DNA of 64,000 nt from Candidatus Eiseniibacteriota bacterium (GTDB lineage Bacteria > Eisenbacteria > RBG-16-71-46 > CAIMUX01 > VGJL01). The stretch covers positions 1,056,001-1,120,000 of the forward strand of contig CAWBWI010000003.1 of assembly GCA_963792585.1 (NCBI GenBank), in the 5' to 3' direction. The stretch's first letter is position 1. Every line of letters starts with the position of its first letter. The notes beneath the pieces were generated by a model. That model worked only from the letters and a program-made list of their open reading frames with translations. It made no database searches and was not told the DNA's origin. Below are positions 1 to 9,324 of the stretch, piece after piece. Made by a program: the position numbers and the translations under genes.

Positions 1-2
1 CA

Positions 3-239
3 TGCTTCCCGCCCCCTCCGACATTCGTCTACGTAAACATTCCTGTGCGCATCTTGACGGATGCCTCGGCGCGCCGCGCGATCGTGATTCCCGTAGGGGC
101 CGATCCGGCGGTCCACGCGCCCCTCGTTGCCGGAGATTATCGGTTCATCTTCTCGATCGACCGCCCGCGCTGGAGGTCGGACACTCCGGACGCGACGTCA
201 TCGTATCGTTCATCGAGGACGCTGACCGCGAGCTGGTGA
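3..239 (+). CDS. 3' end of a hypothetical protein starting before the window
   Basis: Frame 3 is open from base 3 (CFPPPPTFVYVNIPVRILTDAS...TLTASW*) to TGA at 237-239 with protein-like composition; no family recognised. Confidence 0.4.
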   Translation, partial: CFPPPPTFVYVNIPVRILTDASARRAIVIPVGADPAVHAPLVAGDYRFIFSIDRPRWRSDTPDATSSYRSSRTLTASW

Positions 240-287
240 GGATCTCGTCGGCGGTGGCGGTCCAGGCGGCAACGTGCGCGGGACGGG

Positions 288-435
288 CGTGCCGGTATTC
301 GACCGGCCATCCGCCCGGGACAAGTGTGCCGGTATTCGGCCTGCCATCCGCCCGGGACAGGCGTACCGGTATTCGGCCTGCCATCCGCCCGGGACAGGCG
401 TACCGGTATTCGGCCGGCTATCCGCCCGAGACAGG
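288..435. repeat. Four tandem copies of a 37-bp unit (consensus CGTRCCGGTATTCGGCCKGCCATCCGCCCGGGACAGG)
   Basis: Units at 288-324, 325-361, 362-398 and 399-435 are directly adjacent, differ by a few substitutions, have no spacers and lie between convergent genes. Confidence 0.95.
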
Positions 436-457
436 CCTGCCCGTTGTCCGTCCGACC

Positions 458-2551
458 TTAGTTGACCAGCGTCACCGAACGCATCGCGCTCCGGCCGTCG
501 GAACGAAGCCGGTAGTAGTACACGCCGGCCGGGACCTTCCGCCCGCCTGCGTCGCGCCCGTCCCACACCGCCTGGTGTTCTCCCGCCTCCAGCGCGCCGC
601 CCATCAGGCCGCGCACCTTGCGGCCGCTCGGGTCGTAGACCGCGAGCGACACCGAGGCGGTTTGCGAAAGCGTGAATGGGATCGTCGTCATGCCGGTGGT
701 GGGATTCGGTCGCGGCGGATCGAGTCGAAACGCGGAAGCCGCCACAGCCTCTCCCGCGGATGAAGGATTCGTCGGCCCGCGCGTGGCCGCGACGACCTCG
801 GCGGGGCCTGTGGGCTTGAAGACGCCCAGGGTCGCATCGATCGCGACGGGCGGCGCGTCGCTGTCGAACCGGAAGTTGTACATCATGCCGAAGCTCAGGG
901 CGTGAGCGTCGGGGTTGTTCCCATACGTGTCGGTTTCCCACCGAATCGTCCCGTTCTCGAGAGTGACCTGCCAGTCGTTGGTGGGATCGGCATCCGAGTC
1001 GTGAAAGCCGATGTTCCGGATGGTCGAGTCGGCGCCGATGGGGATAGTGATGGATCGAATCTGTCGATCGGAATCGAAGTTGAACAGGGCGTATTCGTAG
1101 TGGTAGCCGCCGCCGATCTGCTTCGGCAGGACCGCGAGGGTCACGCTGCCATCGCCCGCCCCGACTGCGACGGTCGTGCGAAGGTCGCCGAATCGCTGGA
1201 TCGTCGCGCCCGGAACGAGCGGATTGTTGACCTGCGGCGTCGCGAAGTTCCACACGCTCCCGTCCCACGACATCGTGCAGACGCGCGAGCCGATGTTGTT
1301 CGACTTGTCCGCGTCGTCCTGCACGAGGTAGTAGCCCTCGTAGTAGTAGGTCGCGCCCGGCAGGTTCAGATCGGCGTCGAGAGCGACGAGTCGATGATCG
1401 AGCGGCCCGTGGCCCGAGCCGCCGTGACGGCGCGTGCAGTCCGGCTGCCCACCCGAGAAGTGGGATCCCGTGCAGGTCCAGATGGACTTGTACGGCTCGA
1501 TCTCCTTGCGCGGGCCGAGGTAGTTGCGATCGGAGTTGTTCATGACGCCGTAGGTGTCGGAGCAGCCGACGCCCAGGAAACTACCGTCGGAGTGATGCTG
1601 ACAGGTCGCGCAGTCGCTGTTGGATAGGGCATAGAACCCGTGCTTCATCCATGAGGTGCCGATCTGCTCGAGTCGCCCGTCCGTTTCGCGATACAGCGCC
1701 ATCGCGATCGTGGGATGATCGACCGCCATCGGCGCGTGCCACGGGACATCCGTGTCGCCGAAGTTGCAGGCTGTCGTGGCCATGGAGATCGCGGCGGTGC
1801 CTGCGGGATAGGTCCCGTCGTGCGCCACCTGGCTGATGTTCGCGATATTGCCCAGGCCGACGTCCAGAACGCCCAGGAAATTGGGCACGACAGGATCGCC
1901 GACGGAGGTTCCCGAGACCTTCTCGGCGCGCACGACCGCCTCGGCCATCGCGATCGTCCAGCCGGCGAGGTTGGGTCTGCCTACGCTGGCGGCCCATTCG
2001 GGCGAGATGCTGAAGTTCATGTAGTGGATGTAGAGGGCGCCTTCGCTCTTGCGGAAATCGAGCATCGAGTTCTCGATCTTGCACATCACGGGGGAGACGT
2101 CACCTCTCGAACGGAAGTAGAGGACATCGGACGGGTGCGGGCCAGCGGGTCCGTGGTCGATGGCTGGCGCGTATCCGATCCTGAAGTTGTCGACCGGCTC
2201 GATCGCAGTGCCGACCTGCCAGATGATGGATCCGGCGTGGTGCAAGGCCCCGTCGAGGATGCCGTACGGGACGGCGATCCCGTTGTTCACCTGGAAGCGA
2301 AGATCGGACTCCTGCGAGATGGAGAAGGTCCAGTAGGGATCTTCCATTCGAAGTTCCATCCCGGGGGGCGAGGCCACAGTGTCGCGGACGCCGGCGACCT
2401 GGATCCCCAGATCCCGCATCAAGTCGGCGTTCACGTGGAGCGTGGTGGTTCCGCCGCGGGCGACCCAGACTTCCTGCGCCGTCGCCGCCTGGGCGCTCAT
2501 GAGGACGAGGCCGATGAAGAGCAAGGATTGCAGAGACCGCCTGGTGACCAT
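458..2551 (-). CDS. Secreted Cys/His-rich protein with C-terminal FlgD-Ig/T9SS-like sorting domain
   Basis: Signal peptide (MVTRRSLQSLLFIGLVLMSAQAATA); Cys/His-rich core (SWMKHGFYALS, GCSDTY); CTD PRPNP...VYDPSGRKVR...WDGRDAGGRKVPAGVYYYRL. Confidence 0.85.
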   Translation of the reverse strand: MVTRRSLQSLLFIGLVLMSAQAATAQEVWVARGGTTTLHVNADLMRDLGIQVAGVRDTVASPPGMELRMEDPYWTFSISQESDLRFQVNNGIAVPYGILDGALHHAGSIIWQVGTAIEPVDNFRIGYAPAIDHGPAGPHPSDVLYFRSRGDVSPVMCKIENSMLDFRKSEGALYIHYMNFSISPEWAASVGRPNLAGWTIAMAEAVVRAEKVSGTSVGDPVVPNFLGVLDVGLGNIANISQVAHDGTYPAGTAAISMATTACNFGDTDVPWHAPMAVDHPTIAMALYRETDGRLEQIGTSWMKHGFYALSNSDCATCQHHSDGSFLGVGCSDTYGVMNNSDRNYLGPRKEIEPYKSIWTCTGSHFSGGQPDCTRRHGGSGHGPLDHRLVALDADLNLPGATYYYEGYYLVQDDADKSNNIGSRVCTMSWDGSVWNFATPQVNNPLVPGATIQRFGDLRTTVAVGAGDGSVTLAVLPKQIGGGYHYEYALFNFDSDRQIRSITIPIGADSTIRNIGFHDSDADPTNDWQVTLENGTIRWETDTYGNNPDAHALSFGMMYNFRFDSDAPPVAIDATLGVFKPTGPAEVVAATRGPTNPSSAGEAVAASAFRLDPPRPNPTTGMTTIPFTLSQTASVSLAVYDPSGRKVRGLMGGALEAGEHQAVWDGRDAGGRKVPAGVYYYRLRSDGRSAMRSVTLVN

Positions 2552-2789
2552 GGAGGGTTCCTCTCCTGCTGATTCCGGGTTCAGCTTGCGCGCGGCCTTT
2601 CAAGATGACCGAGCAGCATACAGAAGGGGGATCGAGGGGTCTACATCCGGGCGACACTCTTTCAACGAGTCTTTCCACTGCTCGACCACCGCGGCTCTGC
2701 TCCAGCGAATTCTCCCGCACGATTCGTGGAAGGCCCCGAGAACCTCTTCAGTTTTTTTTGGTTTTCGATCGCGCGATGGAACTTTTCCC

Positions 2790-2820
2790 TTGCGCGACCG
2801 TACATTCGTATGGTATTCAT
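2790..2820 (+). promoter_or_regulatory. Putative sigma70 promoter overlapped by an imperfect palindrome resembling an SOS box
   Basis: TTGCGC (2790-2795), 18 nt, then TATTCA preceded by TGG; CGTAC-attc-GTATG at 2799-2812; ATG at 2829. Confidence 0.35.
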
Positions 2821-2828
2821 AGAAACCC

Positions 2829-5471
2829 ATGTCGATCGATGGAAACACACCGCCGGGCGCTAACGAATCGCGCGGCGCGGAGGAGTCGGGGGGAGCGATG
2901 GACTCGCGTGACCCGGTGGAATTGCCTGGCGGGGAGGGCTCGCGCGAGGCGGGGGAAGTGTGTGGTGGGGAGGACAGACTCGATATGAGGGAATCGCGTG
3001 GCGAGCTCGACCCCCCCGATGCTGCACAGGCGCGCGGCGCGTTGGACTCACGTGACCTGGTGGACTCACGTGACCTGGTGGACTCACGTGACCTGGTGGA
3101 CTCGCGTGACCCGGTGGATCCGCGTTGCGAGGCCGACCCTCTCGAAGCGGCAGAGGTGCGTGCCTGGGAGGACTGGCTCGACACGCTGGAATCGAACGAC
3201 GCGAGTGACCGATTCGAAGCGGGACGAGCGCGCGACCCCAAGGGACCTCGCACCAGGAAGGGATCCCGTGTGGGCAAGCGATCGAGCGGCGGGCCGAGGT
3301 CGCGCGATGAGAAACGGTCGCCCAGCGCCAAGAAGTCCAAACGCGCGGACAGCAAGAACTCCGCGCCCTCGACGCCCGGCTCCGAGCGCATGGGCCGTCT
3401 GGGCACGCCGATCACCGAGCTCGGTCTCCTCGCCGAAGAGACGCTCGCCCTGGCGATCGCCACGCGGGCGACCGAAGCGCAACTCCTGCGCGCCCAGGCC
3501 TCCCTCCTGGCCTGGCTCGCCGAAGGCAATCGGGTCGAACAATGCGGCTTCGCATCCCTGAGCAGCCTCGCCCTCGAGGTGGTGGGAATCCGCCCGCGCA
3601 CGGTGCGCGAGCGCCTCGCGCTGCACCGCATCTTCCTGCGCCATCCGGCGATGGAGCGCGCGTTCCTGGCCGGGAAGATGACGGCCTGTCAGGCGCTCGC
3701 CGTCGCGCCCTTCCTGGCGGAATGGGAGGCCGCCATGGCCGAGGCGGCCGCATCAGCGGCTTCGGCCGCGGACGCGACCGGGGCGGCTGCTTCGGATACG
3801 GACGCGACCGGGGCAACGAGCCCTGCCCCGGAGGGGACACGCCCCCATCCCCACCCCCATCCTGACCCCGACTTCGACTGGGCATCGGCAACCTCCCGCC
3901 TCTCCGTCCGGGAACTGCGGTTCCAGGCGCGCCAGGTCCTGAAGGAGACGTCGGAACGCGATCAGGCCCGCCACCGGGAGGAACACCCGGATGAGCCCGA
4001 GGGGCGCACGATCTCCTTCACGGCGCCCGCGGGCTTCCAGGTGGTCTTCGAACAGATGATGGAGCTCGCGCGCAAGGTGCTCGGGCGCGATGCTCCGATC
4101 TACGAGTGCTTCGAGGCCATGCTGCTGGAGACCGACTGGCTGGGGATCGGTCCGCAACAGGAGCCGCTGCGGTATCCCGAGCGGCGGTCGATTCCGATCA
4201 TTCCCCGGGACAACGTCCCGCACCGGGAGGAAGCGATCGCCCATGCCCGGGAGACGCTCACCCAGGTGCGGGCCTACATCAAGGACGTGGCCGATCTGAT
4301 CGAGCCTCACGAGCCGAAGTCCCCCCACGATGCGCTCTCCTCGCTCCGGCAGATCCACCTCCTGCGGGCCCCGCAGAAGGTCCTCTTCGCCCGCCTGCTG
4401 CGGGATCTGAGGCGCACCCAGGCGATGGACCTGCTCGGCTACCGCTCGATGGCCGAGCTGGTGGAGGACCGCCTGCGCCTCTCCGAGCGCTCGGCGCGCA
4501 ACCGGGTGGCCGAGTCGCTGCTCTTCGAGAGCGACGAGGAGATTGCCAGAGCATTCGCGGCGGGGGAGATCTCGATCATGCAGGCGCACCTGATCCGACG
4601 GCTGTCCTCCTCGTTCTCCCGCCGGCCGTTCGTCGCGCGGGCGCGGGAGGTCACCTGGCGGCAGTTCCAGCGCGAGTCCCGGTTGCTGGAGCTGCTGAGG
4701 AAATGCGATCTGGGGCGCGTGGCGGATAAACCGTTCCCGCAGGCGCGGGTGGAGGAGGCGTTGATCGCGGCCCTGGGAGGGGACCGGGAATCGATCGAGA
4801 TCGCGCTCTTCCAGCACGGGATCCCGCCGCTGCCTCCGGGTGGATCCGGCGATCCTGCCGAGAATCCGATCCTCATGGATCGGTTGGAGATGCTGGTGCA
4901 TCTGCTGGCGTTGCGGCAGTGGGACGACGTGCCGGCGACGGGAGATGCGGACCGGCAAACGTCCGCCGCTGCGAGGCGGGAGGTGACGGTCCGTTTCTGG
5001 GCGCCATTGACGGTTGCGGGAGATTTATCGAACGTAATGAACCGATATCGGAAACAGGAGCGGCCGTGGATCCCGATGTGGGCTGCGATGACGGTGTTGT
5101 TCGCGCAGGTGACGGAGATCTGGGAGCAGCAGGACCCGGAGCGGCGTCCGGTGCGCTCGAAGATCCTGAAGCGGGACCACTATCGCTGTGTAATCCCGGG
5201 TTGCACGAGTCGCAGTCATCTGGAGACGAGCCACAACCGTCCCCGCTCGCAGGGGGGAACGAATGATGCGGAGAATCTCTCGGTGGTCTGTCATACGCAC
5301 CATCATCGGGGGATCCATGCAGGGTACGTAGCGATCGGCGGGCGCGCGCCTTACGCGCTGCGGTTCGTGCTGGGTCTACGGCGGGAGGGTCCGCCACTGT
5401 TGATCTACAAGGGCAACAGGCTGGTGAAGGGGCCGTTCGATGCGGCGCCGCCGGAGGGTGCTGGGGAATAG
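2829..5471 (+). CDS. DUF222/13E12-repeat-like protein with C-terminal HNH endonuclease
   Basis: C-terminal RDHYRCVIPGC...SH.RPRSQGG..DAENL..VC..HH..IHAG motif; two internal GF/GY-S...L.L..R.AR.R...AF.AG.I/M.. helical repeats; low-complexity N-terminus, start uncertain. Confidence 0.8.
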   Translation: MSIDGNTPPGANESRGAEESGGAMDSRDPVELPGGEGSREAGEVCGGEDRLDMRESRGELDPPDAAQARGALDSRDLVDSRDLVDSRDLVDSRDPVDPRCEADPLEAAEVRAWEDWLDTLESNDASDRFEAGRARDPKGPRTRKGSRVGKRSSGGPRSRDEKRSPSAKKSKRADSKNSAPSTPGSERMGRLGTPITELGLLAEETLALAIATRATEAQLLRAQASLLAWLAEGNRVEQCGFASLSSLALEVVGIRPRTVRERLALHRIFLRHPAMERAFLAGKMTACQALAVAPFLAEWEAAMAEAAASAASAADATGAAASDTDATGATSPAPEGTRPHPHPHPDPDFDWASATSRLSVRELRFQARQVLKETSERDQARHREEHPDEPEGRTISFTAPAGFQVVFEQMMELARKVLGRDAPIYECFEAMLLETDWLGIGPQQEPLRYPERRSIPIIPRDNVPHREEAIAHARETLTQVRAYIKDVADLIEPHEPKSPHDALSSLRQIHLLRAPQKVLFARLLRDLRRTQAMDLLGYRSMAELVEDRLRLSERSARNRVAESLLFESDEEIARAFAAGEISIMQAHLIRRLSSSFSRRPFVARAREVTWRQFQRESRLLELLRKCDLGRVADKPFPQARVEEALIAALGGDRESIEIALFQHGIPPLPPGGSGDPAENPILMDRLEMLVHLLALRQWDDVPATGDADRQTSAAARREVTVRFWAPLTVAGDLSNVMNRYRKQERPWIPMWAAMTVLFAQVTEIWEQQDPERRPVRSKILKRDHYRCVIPGCTSRSHLETSHNRPRSQGGTNDAENLSVVCHTHHHRGIHAGYVAIGGRAPYALRFVLGLRREGPPLLIYKGNRLVKGPFDAAPPEGAGE
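3043..3114 (+). repeat. 18-bp coding tandem repeat TGGACTCACGTGACCTGG x4 (encodes DSRDLV)
   Basis: Copies at 3043, 3061, 3079 and 3097 (degenerate), with a further dispersed copy near 2899. Confidence 0.9.
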
Positions 5472-5560
5472 CGGGCCACTGGCGGGCGCTGGGGAGCACA
5501 GCGGGCGAGCCGCGGCACCGCGGCCGTCGACATCGAAATGTGGTGGTGTGCCGAAACACC

Positions 5561-6523
5561 TCAGCCCGGGGGCCAGGTCGGTTCTTGACTGAACAGGCGG
5601 CGGCGCAAGGCGAAGTAGCCTTCCTGCTCGGGGGAGAGGTCTTCGAAACCCCACGTCTCCGCGAAGACGAGATACGAGTAGAGCAGCCTCATCTTGCCGA
5701 AAAGCGGGATCGCCGCGATCATGCGGTCATCCAGCGGCGCGCTCTCCGCGTATCCGGAGAGAACCTCCTGGTATGCCTCGCTGCGCGCTGCGGGATCGAG
5801 GCCGCCGAAGTAGTGGAGGAACGTGGCGATTTCGTAGCCATACCAGTTCTCGCAGCATGAGTCGAAGTCGAAGAGCGTGATGCGCTCGCCGTCAATTCGC
5901 ATGTTCAGGATCGTGAAGTCCCCGTGAATGAGGCCAAAGAGGGATGGGTCCTTCGAAAGCTCCCTCGTCCACGATTCGAGTTCACGGTAGAGTTGCCAGG
6001 CTTCGCGTTCCCGCTCCGGGACGAATGTCGAGAAGTGCATCCACCGGTCGTCTGACCAGGGAAACCTCTGAAAGCCCAGCGGACGGGCGAACCTCCGTCC
6101 TTCGGAATGGAGCCTTCCCATGGTTGCGCCCGCCTCTCGGAGGAATGCCCGTCGCGCCGTCTGCGGCAGGTTCGCGAACTCACATCCCTGCGCCTCGCGA
6201 AAGACAGAGGCGTAGTATGTCTGCCCGTTCAGATTGAGGGGCCGGACGAGACCTCCGCTTCGTGAAGGAACGGGGTCGCTCACGGACACACCACGCCGCG
6301 AGAGAATCCGAACGAACTCGAGTTCGGATCGAAGTTGCGGCTCCGACCGGTGCACACCGGAGGTAATCCGAAGGTAGAGTCGCCCCGCGGCGGATGGCAG
6401 AAGGTAGACATGGTTGGAAAAAGCGCGGACGAATACCGGCTCGACGCCCGGCGCCCACTGGTCGGACAGCAGCCTCGCGGCGGTCCTGAGGGCTATCGAC
6501 GTGCCCGGGTCGGGATAGATCAT
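5561..6523 (-). CDS. APH/homoserine kinase type II-like phosphotransferase
   Basis: Brenner motif GLIHGDFTILNM and metal loop LFDFD; YLRIT and ELEFV in the N-lobe. Confidence 0.85.
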   Translation of the reverse strand: MIYPDPGTSIALRTAARLLSDQWAPGVEPVFVRAFSNHVYLLPSAAGRLYLRITSGVHRSEPQLRSELEFVRILSRRGVSVSDPVPSRSGGLVRPLNLNGQTYYASVFREAQGCEFANLPQTARRAFLREAGATMGRLHSEGRRFARPLGFQRFPWSDDRWMHFSTFVPEREREAWQLYRELESWTRELSKDPSLFGLIHGDFTILNMRIDGERITLFDFDSCCENWYGYEIATFLHYFGGLDPAARSEAYQEVLSGYAESAPLDDRMIAAIPLFGKMRLLYSYLVFAETWGFEDLSPEQEGYFALRRRLFSQEPTWPPG

Positions 6524-6687
6524 GCTGGAGGATCCTTCGCCGGCGGACGTGGGGCCTCATGTCTGCGTGGCTCCGTCAGTATAGCTCGACCCGCCCGAAC
6601 TTCGTGTCGTTCGCGTTTTCACAAGAACGAACCCCCATCCTTGCGGGCGGGGGTTCCCTTGCCTACGTCAGGCATCTACGAGCGGAG

Positions 6688-7422
6688 CTACCGGTAGAGC
6701 ATCCTGATGGCGCCCCACGTGGTGTTTGTCGTGGGGATCACACCATCACAGTGCGACTCATAGCCATCTCCGAATTCCTGGCTGGCGTCGAACGCGACAC
6801 CGAACACGTCGATGCCGGGCGTCCAGTCGGGATAGGAGAAGTAAGCGCTCTTGAAGACCGAGTCACAACCGACGACTCCTGCGGAAGCGACGCGGCCCAC
6901 TTGCGGTGGAAACGCATGGTCGGCAGCGTTGCAGCCGAACCAGTACAGCGTGTTCGCCAGTAACGTGAAGTTCACATCGGCGGAGTAGCAGAAGATGGGA
7001 TAGAACCCACCCTGGCAGTAGATGAATGTCTCGTGTGCGAAGGCGCCGACGATCTCGGCAAGTGTACTCAGCGGAACACAGCCGCCGTCATCGTAGAACC
7101 GGAGGTTCCAGTTCGTCGCGTAGCCCACGTCGCTACAGCCGTTGTTGTTGTAGTAGCCGCCCCACCACTTGGCGAGAGCAATCGTGGCGTCACTCGTAAG
7201 ATAGAAATCATTGGCAATCTCGGTCTCGAGACCCAACTGGGCAATGATCTCAGACGATGCGATCAGTCCTTCGAGGTCAGGCGGCTCACTCCAGTACACC
7301 GTGCGACCTGTGTCGAGGATGTTCTGCGTGCCGCCGCCGCCGCCCATCACGCTTGGATTGATCGCGAGCGCGCTGCCGGCAACCACGAAGCTGAGGGCAA
7401 GCACGAGCGTGAACTTGTTCAT
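6688..7422 (-). CDS. Secreted ~244-aa protein with C-terminal TTWGAIRMLYR tail
   Basis: ATG at 7422 after GAGGGAGA RBS (the ORF track over-extends to 7959); signal peptide MNKFTLVLALSFVVAGSALA; ANDF...WWGGYYN domain; paralogue of 53571-54248. Confidence 0.85.
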   Translation of the reverse strand: MNKFTLVLALSFVVAGSALAINPSVMGGGGGTQNILDTGRTVYWSEPPDLEGLIASSEIIAQLGLETEIANDFYLTSDATIALAKWWGGYYNNNGCSDVGYATNWNLRFYDDGGCVPLSTLAEIVGAFAHETFIYCQGGFYPIFCYSADVNFTLLANTLYWFGCNAADHAFPPQVGRVASAGVVGCDSVFKSAYFSYPDWTPGIDVFGVAFDASQEFGDGYESHCDGVIPTTNTTWGAIRMLYR

Positions 7423-7982
7423 GATCCGTTCTCCCTCAATGTCTTGACAGATTAGCACCGAGGTGCGGGAAGTCGGGATCGTTGCCAGGGGCACGAAGTC
7501 TCGCAGCGCATGATGTCGACCTAGGCACGGCCCGCTCCCGCGAGCACTGTCCCGTAGGACCAATCCTCCGTCCCGTCGCCGGATCGGTTCAGAAGATCGC
7601 GCAATTAGTATGGGTCGCTCGAAGGCGCGGATCAATGGCTTCTTCGCGGACCAGGGCGTGAAGAGCATCGGGGAGGACGAAACGAGTATTCGTGCGTTTC
7701 GTCCAAAAGCAAGGGATTCGATGAACGCGCCGTCCGTTAGAGGATTCAGACGAAAACCGTGCCGAACGGCGAGAGGTCCGCATGCTCCGAGTATGTTCGA
7801 ACGAACTACGGCTCCACGCCGGGAGCCCGCTCCGAGGCGAGCAACTTCGCGGCGACCCGCATCCAACGAGGACCTCCCCCGCATCGGGACCGGGCCAAGC
7901 CGACCGCACTCGCGTGGAAGCTGGTAAGATCCCGGGTCGCGGAGAGCGCGGCGGGACAACAGACGAAGGGATAGACAGCAGC

Positions 7983-9083
7983 ATGGAGAGCTTCTGGATT
8001 CAGACTCCGCCGGACGGCATCCTGATGCAGAAGATGGGATGGGCGGATCTCGGCGACAAACACTTCGCGGCCATCCGGCACCACCTCCTCGTGCGCATGG
8101 GCACCGATCGAGAGCCCCTCAACGGCCCGATCCACAAGCAGGTGGAATGGCCCGTCGACTCGGAGTTCAAGTCCGAGGACAAGATCACGATCGTCGCTCG
8201 GTACACAGTCACACTCCAGGAGGCGATCACCTCCGCATTCAGCGCGACGCTGTCGCACGAAGTCCTGACCAAACTCGGCTCGTCGTTCGATGCCGGCGTC
8301 GACAAGCTCGCCGCGTCGATCAAATCTGAAGTGGAAACGCGGCTAGGTGCCGTCCTGACGTCGTCCGTTCAGAAAACAGTCTCGTCCACGCGCACGTTCT
8401 CTTACGAAACGACGACCGAGAAGAGCGAGAGCGTGGCATTCAAGGTGCCGGCGGCGACCAGGGGCCCCGCGACGCGAAAGGTGTTTTGCTACGTGAAGAT
8501 GCGTCGCCTGTTCTGGGACGTCTACTTGTACCGCGTCGACGTGCTTCGCCTCGAGTATCGGAAGAAGCTCCTCTGGAAGGATATCCGCAAGACGATGACC
8601 TCCTGTGAAGTGGAGATGAAGGTGCCGCTCTTCCGCCTCTACTATTTCCAGCCGGAGCCGGCGCTTTCCTACGCATTCGACCGCTACGCTCCGGATGATG
8701 AAGAATTCGAGGGCGTGACGACCGAACCCCTCGACACGATCCCCAAGAGATGGCCCCTTCCGGAGACACAGCCCTTGAGCGCTCTCGCTCGGACGGCCTT
8801 CCCCGTGAGTCGCGACGAGAAGCGGGCAGCGAAGGATCTCGAGAAGCGGGCAGCGAAGGATCTCGAGAAGCAGATCCGCGCCGCCGTCGGCGGCCAGGTC
8901 CTGGCGAGCGCGGCCAAGCTGCGGTCACGCGAATCCCGGGCCCCGCTGAAGAGACGAAGCGCGAAGTCGCAGGGGACGATGCCTAGGGCACCGCGAGGCC
9001 CGGGGACCTCCAAGAAGTTGCCGGGCGCCTCCGCGAAAAGGAAGGGCACGCGGGCCGGACTGTCCGCTCGACCGGGGAAGTGA
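7983..9083 (+). CDS. Hypothetical protein with Ser/Thr-rich beta-hairpin-like core and basic tail
   Basis: Likely start MESFWIQTPPDG after GAAGGGA; typical GC3 codon bias; Lys/Arg-rich C-terminus; contains a 24-bp duplication (EKRAAKDL x2, 8817-8864). Confidence 0.7.
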   Translation: MESFWIQTPPDGILMQKMGWADLGDKHFAAIRHHLLVRMGTDREPLNGPIHKQVEWPVDSEFKSEDKITIVARYTVTLQEAITSAFSATLSHEVLTKLGSSFDAGVDKLAASIKSEVETRLGAVLTSSVQKTVSSTRTFSYETTTEKSESVAFKVPAATRGPATRKVFCYVKMRRLFWDVYLYRVDVLRLEYRKKLLWKDIRKTMTSCEVEMKVPLFRLYYFQPEPALSYAFDRYAPDDEEFEGVTTEPLDTIPKRWPLPETQPLSALARTAFPVSRDEKRAAKDLEKRAAKDLEKQIRAAVGGQVLASAAKLRSRESRAPLKRRSAKSQGTMPRAPRGPGTSKKLPGASAKRKGTRAGLSARPGK

Positions 9084-9139
9084 CCCCCGGCGGGGGACTC
9101 ACACGATGATGGGTCGGGCGACGAAAGGGGAGCCAGGCG

Positions 9140-9148
9140 TGCTATAGT
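9140..9148 (+). promoter_or_regulatory. Extended -10 promoter element (TGcTATAGT)
   Basis: TG-n-TATAGT just upstream of a structured leader and the DUF3553-khpA genes. Confidence 0.55.
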
Positions 9149-9152
9149 GCGA

Positions 9153-9297
9153 GGTGGCACACCCCGGGGGGGGCGGTGGTGCCGCCGGGTGGTCGTGGGC
9201 GTGACCGAAAGGTCGCGGGGATGCCTCCTCAAGATGTAGGAGTGGCGGCAGTTGCCGCCATTCGGGTTGGACGGAGATCCGCAAATACCATGCCACC
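9153..9297 (+). ncRNA. Candidate structured 5' leader or sRNA
   Basis: GGTGGCA(9153-9159)/TGCCACC(9291-9297) closing helix; internal hairpins CGTGACC-GAAA-GGTCGCG and GAGTGGCGGC-AGTT-GCCGCCATTC. Confidence 0.4.
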
Positions 9298-9324
9298 AGG
9301 CGAGAGCAAGGTAGGGTGAAACTC

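Noticed and set aside
288..435. CRISPR array
   Set aside because: Repeat units abut directly with no unique spacers, and there are no cas genes in the window.
7423..7982. 560-bp gap as an ncRNA or hidden gene
   Set aside because: No convincing structure, RBS-led ORF or codon bias could be identified by eye.
9153..9298. tRNA or tmRNA (GGTGGCA...TGCCACCA looks like an acceptor end)
   Set aside because: No T-loop (TTCRA) or cloverleaf; the length fits neither RNA, and the CCA is part of the stem.
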